DNA of 32,000 nt from Halalkalibacterium halodurans (GCF_004376175.1 NZ_SNUY01000003.1:16823-48822), one strand, 5' to 3'. Shown: positions 1 through 7,345, counted from the first letter of the stretch. Numbers and translations are program-made. Notes: generated from the letters alone by a model not told the origin.

Positions 1-59
1 TCAGTGGCTTCTTTTACGACTTGTAATTTGAAACCTTTTGAGTGTCTTGTTCGTTTCAT
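1..59 (-). CDS. IS3-family transposase OrfA; only the N-terminal 19 codons are in the window, the gene runs off the left edge
   Basis: The reverse complement of 1-59 reads MKRTRHSKGFKLQVVKEAT. This resembles the HTH N-terminus typical of IS3/IS911-type OrfA. AAGGAGG (complement of 68-74) lies 8 nt upstream of the ATG. Only 19 aa are visible, so the family call is tentative. Confidence 0.45.
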   Translation of the reverse strand, partial: MKRTRHSKGFKLQVVKEAT

Positions 60-115
60 GATGTCAGCCTCCTTGGTACAATAAGTAGTATAATATTTAT
101 TACTCTTACTGTCCA
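1..115 (-). mobile_element. Left end of an IS3-family element (partial); terminus guessed at about 115
   Basis: On the minus strand the sequence upstream of OrfA starts TGGACAGTAAGAG (complement of about 103-115). That fits the TG... terminus usual for IS3 inverted repeats. The partner IR lies outside the window, so the boundary cannot be verified. Confidence 0.3.
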
Positions 116-276
116 AGTTCATTTAGGGGCTATAGAGGCCCAATGGTAAGGGGGAGAAGAATCGCCTTCGGACAAGGGATGGCTTTTACCATCTCGATTG
201 CTCGACAAAACAATAGAACGAACGTTCGATAAATACTCTTTCATTTGATAGAATGGATACGAGGAGGTGAAAGTCA

Positions 277-1449
277 ATGCTAGTGAAAAAAGCGTATAAG
301 TATAGAATCTATCCTAATCAAAAACAAATCGAACTTATTAATAAAACGATTGGATGTTCACGTTTTGTCTATAACTTTTTTGTCGGAAAGCAAAAAGATA
401 AAGATGCCTATTGGTCTATCGTAAACGAAATGGTGCAAAATGGTCAGCTTCTTCAAAACAATTGGAAAGGGAAGTTTTTCAATAAGAATGAATCGATTAA
501 AGCTATTCGGGAGTTGAAGCAAAACTATCCATTCTTAAAAGAAGTGGATAGCATCGCCCTTCAAAAATCAGTCGAAAATGTAAACGATTCTTACACTCGT
601 TACTATAAAAAACAGAACGGAGAACCACGTTTTAAGTCAAAAAAGAATCCTGTTCAGTCGTATACAACGAAATGTGTAAACGGAAATATTCAAGTGTTAG
701 ACAAGCATATTAAACTACCAAAATTGGGTTTAGTCCGTTTTGCGAATAGCCGTAAGGTGGAAGGGCGTATCATGAATGCAACGACTAGACGAAATCCTTC
801 GGGTAAATATTTCATTTCAATTTTGGCTGAATCCGAAGTTGAACCATTTAGAAAGACAGGTTCATCCGTAGGAATCGATGTAGGGCTCAAAGACTTCGCC
901 ACTCTTTCAGATGGCACAGTCTATGCCAACCCCAAATTCTTTCGCACATTAGAAATAAAAGTAGCAAAATCGCAACGCATATTATCAAAGAGGAAAATCG
1001 GTTCTTCTAATTGGTTTAAACAAAAAGCAAAAGTAGCTCGACTTCATGAGAAAATGGCGAATGCAAGAAAAGATATGTTAGATAAAATCTCAACCGATAT
1101 TGTCAAAAACCACGACATCATTGGTATTGAGGATTTGACTATTAAAAACATGTTAAAGAATCACAGTCTTGCTAAGGCGATTAGTGAAGTATCGTGGTCA
1201 CAATTCAGAACGATGCTTGAATATAAGGCTAAGTGGTACGGAAAACGAGTCGTTGCGGTAGCGAAAAACTTTCCTTCAAGTCAACGATGTTCCACTTGTG
1301 GTCACAAACACAAAGACGTTAAAAATCTCGCTTTGCGTGAATGGACTTGCCCAATATGCGAAAGTCACCACCAAAGGGATATCAACGCAAGTATGAATCT
1401 TCGTAATGAAGCATTGCGATTAACCGCAGGAACTGCGGGGATAGCCTAA
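277..1449 (+). CDS. tnpB: IS200/IS605-family accessory protein TnpB (OrfB, IS1341-type; RNA-guided RuvC nuclease), apparently intact
   Basis: 390-aa ORF with GAGGAGG 9 nt upstream. It starts with the N-terminal [10 protein letters not shown] motif. RuvC-like triad contexts are present: VGIDVG, IGIEDL and HQRDINAS. A zinc finger reads CSTCGH...CPICES. No tnpA lies next to it. Confidence 0.9.
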
Positions 1450-1484
1450 TCCATAACAAACCGTTAGGTTAGTGTTCTTAGGAA

Positions 1485-1524
1485 CCCCTCACTTCAAGCA
1501 ACCGTAAGGCTGGTAAGTGGAGGG
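1485..1524 (+). repeat. Subterminal right-end hairpin of the IS605-type element, expected to lie in the 3' part of the omega/reRNA scaffold
   Basis: CCCCTCACTT (1485-1494) pairs with AAGTGGAGGG (1515-1524) with one bulged G. It starts 36 nt after the tnpB stop. The same arm sequence type (CCCCCACTT...AAGTGGTGGG on that element's own strand, i.e. CCCACCACTT/AAGTGGGGG on the + strand) occurs at the left end of the second tnpB copy (3042-3073). Confidence 0.6.
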
Positions 1525-1532
1525 TTGTTCAA

Positions 1533-1816
1533 ATGAAAAGTATTACGTTGAAAAACAAAAAGTTTATTAGTAGTACAAGGAGAAGAATTAAAATCATTTT
1601 ATCAAATTCTACTAATAAAGAAGAGTTTATTAAGAGAAAAGAATGGACAGATAGAACATCCGATGCAAAAGTTATTTTTACAGAAGACCCTATGCTATTA
1701 AGTGCTGGAATTCCATATGAAGAGTTTACAAATAATAATCTAATCACCTTTGAAGAAAGACAACTTTTATTAGAAGGTGAAAAAGTGATATTTTTTCGTA
1801 AGCATCCCAGATTCAA
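1533..1816 (+). other. AT-rich relic ORF fragment trapped between two convergent tnpB genes; product not recognised
   Basis: The track ORF 1533-1913 is chimeric. Its first 95 codons are AT-rich unique sequence and its last 31 codons are antisense to the 3' end of the second tnpB. The GGAGG in front of its ATG is the 3' arm of the IS hairpin. The reading frame also stays open upstream into the IS end. Confidence 0.25.
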
Positions 1817-2952
1817 TCAAGATAAGGCTATCCCCGTCACACCGACGGTTGAAATCCCTAGAAGGCGCAATCCTTCTAACTCTATATTTGTTGCAGCATT
1901 CCAATCACGATGATGTTCTGCATCACAGTTTTCACATTTCCATTTACGGACACCTAAGTTTTTAACTTTAGGATTCTTCGTTTGGCAATGAGAACATGTT
2001 TGGCTCGATGGGAAGAATCGGTCAACAAACACAACTTCACGACCATACCATTTAGCTTTATACTCAAGGAGTGTTGTAAACTTTGACCAACTCGCATCAG
2101 CGATGGACTTTGCTAACTTTTTATTTTTAAGCATACCCGATACATTTAGGTCCTCGAGCGCAATCACTTGATTCTCGCGAACGAGCTTCGTGGACAGTTT
2201 ATGTAAAAAATCATTTCGAATATTGCTGATTTGTTCGTGTAATTTAGCAACTTGTTTTTGTTCTTATGCCAGTTGCTAGAGCCGATCTTCTTTCGAGAAA
2301 GGACGCGTTGCAATTTAGATAGTTTCTCTTCATATTTGCGTAAGTATTTAGGGTTAGCGACCACTTCACCATTAGACATCGAGGCAAAGTCTTTGATCCC
2401 TAAGTCAATACCTACGGTATTGTTTACTTTTAGCAGTTTAGTTACTTCTGTTTCAGTTAATACAGACATGAAGTATTTACCCGAACTATTACGTCTCACA
2501 GTGACAGACATGATCCGACCCTCAATGTCGCGAGATTTAGCAAAACGAACCCAACCCAATTTAGGTAGTTTAATTTTATTACCATCTACCTTGATGTTGT
2601 TGTTCGTCATCTTAGTTGTGTACGATTGAACAGGATGCTTTCTACTTTTAAATACAGGCTTATCATTCTGTTTCTTAAAGAAACGATCATACGCCTCACC
2701 TAAGGTTTTTACAGCAGTTTGCACAGCAATAGAATCAACCTCTTTTAACCAAGAGTACGTTGACTTTAAATTCGGCAATTGTTTTGAACACTTACCATAC
2801 GAAAGACCTTTTCCTGTTTCTTTATATGTCTCATTCCATATATTAAGAAAATGGTTATAGACAAAACGACAAGAACCGAAGGTTCGATTCATTAGGTTTT
2901 GTTGTTCTTTGTTTGGATAGATACGATATCTAAATGCTTTGTTTATTTCCAT
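1817..2952 (-). pseudogene. tnpB: Second IS605-family tnpB, inactivated by a single-nucleotide frameshift
   Basis: Track ORFs 2164-2952 and 1817-2167 are the N- and C-terminal halves of one TnpB, paralogous to 277-1449. Shifting frame near the homopolymer at 2251-2262 restores ...[44 protein letters not shown], which is colinear with copy 1. No right-end hairpin follows its stop. Confidence 0.85.
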
Positions 2953-3041
2953 GGGAACCGAACCTCCATTCCTGTTTATTACTATTATTCTAGCAAGAAC
3001 AAGGTTAGTTGACGAATTTTAAAAAGGCAAAAGCGATTCAT

Positions 3042-3073
3042 CCCACCACTTTACACTCCGTAGGAAGTGGGGG
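3042..3073 (-). repeat. Left-end subterminal hairpin of the second IS605-type element
   Basis: CCCACCACTT (3042-3051) pairs with AAGTGGGGG (3065-3073). It lies about 90 nt upstream of the minus-strand tnpB start. Its arms resemble the hairpin at 1485-1524. Confidence 0.5.
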
Positions 3074-3160
3074 TTTTCTCGCTAATTTTCTGATAAAATG
3101 GATTTGTATGTTAAAATGTAACTAAGTTTGTGAAGAAAACGAGCAGGATAATGTAATAGG

Positions 3161-3206
3161 GAAGCACACACCATAAAGCAAATTGATGTGTGCTTTCTTT
3201 ATTTTT
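3161..3206 (+). terminator. Rho-independent terminator-like hairpin, T-tail on the plus strand
   Basis: AAGCACACA (3162-3170) pairs perfectly with TGTGTGCTT (3187-3195) and is followed by TCTTTATTTTT. The tail overlaps the stop codon of the minus-strand transporter gene. On the minus strand no U-run follows the hairpin. Confidence 0.5.
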
Positions 3207-4158
3207 ATATACTTTTACGTTTAGAAATAAATAATAAAAGTTGAGTGATGATAGCTAAGATAGGCAATTCCAACAATGGACCAATCACTAAAACTAAGGC
3301 TATCAAAGGTTGGTCTGGAAATGCAGTCATGGCGATTGCTAAAGCAATTGGTGAGTTTCTTGCTAAAGTAGTCAAACTTAGGCTAGTTCTATCTGAATAT
3401 GAATACTTCATAAGCTGTCCAACCTTTTGACCAACGATAAAGTTTATAACAAAAAACAAAAGGAGAGGAAGCGTTATTTGCCACATTAAATCTAGGTTAT
3501 CAAGCAATAATTGTCCTTGAGAAGCGAACATAGCAACGATTGCAAGGCTTAGGAAGATAATTGGGTATACGCTAGAGTTAGATATTAAGTTTTCTCTTAA
3601 TTGTTGTTTATTTCTAAAAAGTAATTTTGTTAGAAGTGCCAAGACCAAAGGTATGAATAAAACAATTAGAATACTTTCTACTAAAAACCCTAGTTCTATA
3701 ACTCCAGTGGTTCCACCAAAAATCAGGAGATATATTGGTAGTAACATGACTTGTAAGATTAAATTCAAAGGCAAGATAGCCGTTGATAGAGCAATATTTC
3801 CTTTTGCTATTCCTGTGAAGATTAAGTACCAATCCGTACATGGAGTGACCATTAGCATAATAAATCCAATGTATAAGGCTGGATTATCACCTAGAAATAC
3901 CATTGCTAGCAGCCAAGCTAAAATAGGTGTCCAGACAAAATTTATGATGACTGAAGTGTATGTAAACTTGATGTTTTTAAAGGCTTTCTTTATTTCTTCA
4001 ATAGGAATTTGTAAGAAAGTAATATATAGCATAGCTACTAATAAAGGAACAATAAAACTTTCTGCATTAACTCTTATGAGTTCTATTTGTCCTATACCTA
4101 TACCAATAACAACTGCTAAAAATATAATAAGAGTATATAACTTTTCGAATAAGTTCAT
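3205..4158 (-). CDS. ACR3/SBF-family (arsenical-resistance / bile acid:Na+ symporter fold) membrane transporter
   Basis: 317-aa, very hydrophobic ORF with about 10 predicted TM stretches. It has a TPCTDW segment reminiscent of the conserved Cys-containing TM4 motif of ACR3. A C-terminal GPLLELPIL segment resembles ACR3 GPLVEVPV. The gene is AT-rich and has only a weak SD. Confidence 0.7.
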   Translation of the reverse strand: MNLFEKLYTLIIFLAVVIGIGIGQIELIRVNAESFIVPLLVAMLYITFLQIPIEEIKKAFKNIKFTYTSVIINFVWTPILAWLLAMVFLGDNPALYIGFIMLMVTPCTDWYLIFTGIAKGNIALSTAILPLNLILQVMLLPIYLLIFGGTTGVIELGFLVESILIVLFIPLVLALLTKLLFRNKQQLRENLISNSSVYPIIFLSLAIVAMFASQGQLLLDNLDLMWQITLPLLLFFVINFIVGQKVGQLMKYSYSDRTSLSLTTLARNSPIALAIAMTAFPDQPLIALVLVIGPLLELPILAIITQLLLFISKRKSI

Positions 4159-4242
4159 TGTGTATCACAACCTACTAAAATAATGAGAGTGTAAAATATT
4201 TTGTGTAAATAGAAATGCACTAAATGATGTTCATAGAAAAAA

Positions 4243-4299
4243 GAAGACCCTTTCTGTAGAATAAAGTTAGCCGACTAAATTCACAGAAAAGAGGTCTTC
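4243..4299 (+). promoter_or_regulatory. 5'-UTR hairpin that would sequester the transposase Shine-Dalgarno sequence
   Basis: GAAGACCCTTTCTGT (4243-4257) pairs imperfectly with ACAGAAAAGAGGTCTTC (4283-4299). The 3' arm contains the AAGAGG SD that lies 8 nt before ATG 4303. Confidence 0.45.
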
Positions 4300-4302
4300 C
4301 CT

Positions 4303-5490
4303 ATGAATCATCTTACTACAGATTTAATCGAAGCACTAGCACAAAAACAAGATATCGAAGAAGTTTTTCGTCAGCATTTGGAAACAGCTATCAATCAGCT
4401 GTTGAAACATGAATTAACTGTCTTTTTAGACTATGAGCCTTATGATCGAGAAGGTTTTCATTCTGGTAATTCCCGTAATGGCTTTTACGATCGTACGTTT
4501 AAAACCGAATACGGAGAACTACATCTTCGTATCCCTAGAGACCGTAATGGCGAGTTCCAACAACAAACAATAGCTCCTTATAAGCGTTCCAATGATACGC
4601 TGGAACAGTTTGTCATTCATCTTTATGAAAAAGGGATTACGACAAATGAAATCGCTAATCTTATCGAGCGAATGTATGGACATCACTATTCCAAACAAAC
4701 GGTTTCGAACCTAACGCAACTTGTTTCTGAAGACGTGCAGGCTTTCCATGAACGAAAGCTGGAAGAACGCTATGTGTGCATTTACCTAGATGCCACTCAT
4801 ATTCCGATTCGACGTCAAACGGTTGAAAAAGAAGCTGTCTACATCGCTATTGGTATTACGGAAGAAGGAAACAAAGAAGTTTTAGACTTTACCATTGCAC
4901 CAACAGAGTCTTCTCACGTATGGGAAGAACTCATCCAATGCCTACATGAGCGAGGAGTAGAAAACGTCCTTCTTTTCATTTCCGATGGATTGCCAGGGAT
5001 GACGGATAGCATTCATCGCGTCTATCCAAAGGCGAAGCATCAAGTGTGCTGTGTACATGTCGCTCGAAACATTTCCAGTAAAGTACGTGTAAAGGATCGC
5101 GCAGCCATTCTCGATGATTTCAAGGCTGTCTATCAAGCGAAAGACCGTGAAGAAGCTTTAGAAGCCTTAGAACAAATGCAAAGTAAGTGGGAAAAGCCCT
5201 ATCCACGTGTCATTGAATCTGTGATGAACAATGAACAGATCTTAACGTTTTATGATTTTCCAGCTTCCATTCGTCGCAGCATCTACTCGACAAATTTAAT
5301 TGAAGCTTTTAACAAAGAAATCAAACGATATGTCAAACGCAAAGAACAATTCCCGAATGAAGAATCCTTAGAACGTTTTCTCGTGACACGGTTTCTAGAC
5401 TATAATCACAAATTTGGCATGCGTTGTCATCGAGGCTTTGAAAAGGCAAAATCAGAATTGATACACATGTTTGAAGCACTAGAATATTAA
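4303..5490 (+). CDS. IS256-family DDE transposase
   Basis: 395-aa ORF. The N-terminal LLKHELTVFLDYEPYDR...GNSRNGFYDRTFKTEYGELHLRIPRDRNGEF block is characteristic of IS256/mutator-type transposases. The ORF sits between the inverted repeats listed above. Confidence 0.93.
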   Translation: MNHLTTDLIEALAQKQDIEEVFRQHLETAINQLLKHELTVFLDYEPYDREGFHSGNSRNGFYDRTFKTEYGELHLRIPRDRNGEFQQQTIAPYKRSNDTLEQFVIHLYEKGITTNEIANLIERMYGHHYSKQTVSNLTQLVSEDVQAFHERKLEERYVCIYLDATHIPIRRQTVEKEAVYIAIGITEEGNKEVLDFTIAPTESSHVWEELIQCLHERGVENVLLFISDGLPGMTDSIHRVYPKAKHQVCCVHVARNISSKVRVKDRAAILDDFKAVYQAKDREEALEALEQMQSKWEKPYPRVIESVMNNEQILTFYDFPASIRRSIYSTNLIEAFNKEIKRYVKRKEQFPNEESLERFLVTRFLDYNHKFGMRCHRGFEKAKSELIHMFEALEY

Positions 5491-5510
5491 GCTCTAGCAC
5501 CAATCCGCCA

Positions 5511-5686
5511 TCCTTGACCTTGTTTGCGGTCGTGGTGTTGTGTACGTTGGCGGATGGGAAAAATAAAGCCCTATGTGGGACTTCATCCGCACACCGAGCG
5601 TACCACGACCGACCTTTTCTAAGTTCTCGCTGGCTGGGTCCCTGAACCCAACCAGCAAGAACTAAGAAAAGGCACAAGGTCAAGGA
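5511..5686. other. Highly structured GC-rich module (closed three-way junction) inside the 3' non-coding end of the IS256 element; function unknown
   Basis: Hand-checked pairings:
- P1: 5511-5523 with 5674-5686, 13 bp perfect.
- Arm A: 5527-5536 with 5602-5611 (10 bp perfect), then 5540-5543 with 5591-5594, then 5550-5556 with 5584-5590.
- Arm B: 5613-5627 with 5658-5672 (14 of 15), then 5629-5639 with 5646-5656 (10 of 11).

Junction linkers are only 1-3 nt. No SD-preceded ORF is present. Confidence 0.5.
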
Positions 5687-5890
5687 CAAGCAGCTACCGC
5701 TGTGGCTCTGTGTTTCACCTAAAATAGAAGTTTTACCAAGTAAAATAAGCAGGGCTAACCTATCTACTAGAAACAGGGGTATTTACACAAAATTATTGAC
5801 ACACCCAAAATAATTTTAACACAAACATAATTTTATCATAATTTGATTGTAAAGTTATTCAAGTAACGGAGGCGAATACTTAAAAAATTA

Positions 5891-5919
5891 TTTAACTATG
5901 ATTGTTAATCATTTATAAT
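5891..5919 (+). promoter_or_regulatory. Putative sigma-A promoter of the flavoprotein gene with a palindrome in the spacer
   Basis: TTTAAC (5891-5896), a 17-nt spacer, then TATAAT (5914-5919). The spacer contains the palindrome ATGATTgttAATCAT (5898-5912). A second inverted repeat, ATTCAAA-N6-TTTGAAT (5923-5942), follows. The DNA is AT-rich, so chance matches are plausible. Confidence 0.35.
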
Positions 5920-5970
5920 TATATTCAAATAAATGTTTGAATGTATTTTTGTTTTGAGAGGAGTGAATTG

Positions 5971-7029
5971 ATGCTAAATTGTGAAGTTGTGATTATCGGT
6001 GGAGGTCAAGCAGGTTTAGCAATGGGGTATTATTTAAAAAAGAAAAATATACCGTTTGTTATATTAGATAAAAATCAACATGTAGGTGATTCTTGGAGAA
6101 GAAGGTATGATTCTTTGGTTTTATTTACTCCACGTAGATATAGTAGCTTACCTGAATTGGAGATGGAGGGTTTATCGAAAGAATTTCCAACGAAGGATGA
6201 TGTTGCAGATTATTTGGATAGCTATGTAAAGCGTTTTGGTTTACCAATAATGTTTAACACTAACGTAGTTAAATTAAGTAAACAGTCCAATGGTTCATTC
6301 CTCTTAGAAACTAGTAGTGGACAGATTAATGCTAAACAAATAGTAGTAGCAACTGGGGCATTTCAAAAACCTTTTATACCTAATATTATAAAAAAGGAGT
6401 CGAGTATCTTCCAGCTCCACTCTTCAGAATATTATTCACCAAGGGAAGTTAAAGGGACTGATATATTAGTTATAGGTGGGGGTAATTCTGGAGCACAAAT
6501 TGCCGTGGAATTAGCAAAGGATAACAATGTTACAATTGCAGTTGGACACAAATTCAAATTCCTACCTTTAAAGTTTCTTGGAAGAAGTGTTTTTAGTTGG
6601 TTAGAAATATTTGGTCTGTTGTTTGCAGGAAAAGATTCGCTAAAAGGTAAATGGTTTCAAAAACAGAATGACCCAATTTTCGGAAAGGAACTTAAAAAAC
6701 TTATTAGAAATAGAAAAGTTGATGTAAAACCTAAAGTAACCCATGTCAATGATGCAGAAGTTCATTTTAAAGATAATACTCGAAGAAAATTCACTAGTAT
6801 TATATGGTCTACTGGTTTCGTACCTTCTTACGATTGGATTAATATAGAGGGTGTTATTTCTAATGATGGAAAACCAATACATACAAGAGGTATAACGCAT
6901 ATAAAAGGTCTTTATTTTATAGGTTTACCTTGGCAATATCAACGGGGTTCAGCATTGATATGTGGAGTAAGTTTGGATGCAAAGTATCTTGTTCCAACAA
7001 TTATTTCAAATGTGTCTAAAAATAAATAA
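5971..7029 (+). CDS. FAD/NAD(P)-dependent flavin monooxygenase-type oxidoreductase (CzcO/ArsO-like)
   Basis: I place the start at ATG 5971 (MLNCEVVIIGGGQAGLAMG...), 7 nt after GAGAGGAG, rather than at the track start 5941. There are two dinucleotide-binding motifs: GGGQAG at the N-terminus and GGGNSGAQIAVELA mid-protein. An ATG motif (VVATGAF) is also present. Confidence 0.8.
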   Translation: MLNCEVVIIGGGQAGLAMGYYLKKKNIPFVILDKNQHVGDSWRRRYDSLVLFTPRRYSSLPELEMEGLSKEFPTKDDVADYLDSYVKRFGLPIMFNTNVVKLSKQSNGSFLLETSSGQINAKQIVVATGAFQKPFIPNIIKKESSIFQLHSSEYYSPREVKGTDILVIGGGNSGAQIAVELAKDNNVTIAVGHKFKFLPLKFLGRSVFSWLEIFGLLFAGKDSLKGKWFQKQNDPIFGKELKKLIRNRKVDVKPKVTHVNDAEVHFKDNTRRKFTSIIWSTGFVPSYDWINIEGVISNDGKPIHTRGITHIKGLYFIGLPWQYQRGSALICGVSLDAKYLVPTIISNVSKNK

Positions 7030-7220
7030 TATGTAACCTATTGTGAATGTTTCACTTAAACTGAACGGGGTGCGTTAGTGCAAGAAGCTAGTTGCCTTTT
7101 AGTACCTAATTCCTATCTTCCGCAATCGGGCGCGATTGTTAAAGAAACAAATGATTACTGGTTATGGTATTTATGGTAGGAAATTTGATGTTGTTGTAAA
7201 TGAGATCATATATGTTGTAC

Positions 7221-7274
7221 AAAAAGGATAGATGTAAGCAGGTATAACTCCTGTTCATCTATCCTTTCTTTTTT
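7221..7274. terminator. Bidirectional rho-independent terminator
   Basis: AAAGGATAGATG (7223-7234) pairs with CATCTATCCTTT (7256-7267), with inner CAGG/CCTG pairing. An A-run lies on the left and a T-run on the right, so either strand sees a hairpin followed by a U-tract. Confidence 0.7.
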
Positions 7275-7345
7275 ACCCTATATAATGTTTAACATTATAA
7301 TGAAACATTTTATTATCGGGCTTCTTAATTATTTTCTTGACTTTT

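Larger units (their letters stand above)
4185..5806 (+). mobile_element. Complete IS256-family insertion sequence (about 1.62 kb) with an 8-bp target site duplication
   Basis: The terminal inverted repeats are GAGAGTGTAAAATATTTTGTGTAAATA (from 4185) and the complement of GGGTGTGTCAATAATTTTGTGTAAATA (ending 5806). The identical 8-mer AAAATAAT flanks both ends (4177-4184 and 5807-5814). Confidence 0.85.

Noticed and set aside
2251-2262. Programmed ribosomal frameshift joining the two halves of the second tnpB
   Set aside because: There is no slippery heptamer plus downstream structure of the kind used by IS3-type elements. TnpB genes are not known to use frameshifting. The copy also lacks a right end, which fits decay.
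690-2629. Short ORFs antisense to the two tnpB genes (690-917 minus strand, 2252-2629 plus strand)
   Set aside because: They are shadow frames inside confidently assigned tnpB coding sequence.
3653-4183. 176-aa plus-strand ORF
   Set aside because: It is antisense to the transporter gene. The minus-strand product has coherent TM-helix periodicity and family motifs, and this ORF does not.
5511-5686. Whether the structured module is a tRNA, tmRNA or simple terminator
   Set aside because: It is far too long for a tRNA and has no T-loop or anticodon-arm geometry. No U-tract follows the closing helix. No tag-ORF-like feature is present.
5333-5689. 118-aa minus-strand ORF covering the IS256 3' structured module
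   Set aside because: It overlaps the transposase 3' end antisense and has no SD. The openness of the frame is explained by the GC-rich palindromic sequence.
5796-5824. Outward TTGACA in the IS256 right IR forming a hybrid promoter for the flavoprotein gene
   Set aside because: No acceptable -10 hexamer lies 16-18 nt downstream in the flanking DNA. The flavoprotein gene also has its own better promoter about 90 bp further on.
7030-7220. Short open frames such as MITGYGIYGRKFDVVVNEIIYVVQKG ending in the terminator stem
   Set aside because: They are too short, have weak or no SD, and switch frame. This is most likely a decayed gene remnant, and I could not assign it.
7281-7299. 19-bp perfect palindrome TATAATGTT-T-AACATTATA between the terminator and the IS4-type element
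   Set aside because: The palindrome is real, but it lies in very AT-rich DNA with no adjacent intact gene to regulate. I cannot support a function. It may be a relic operator or a divergent -10 pair.
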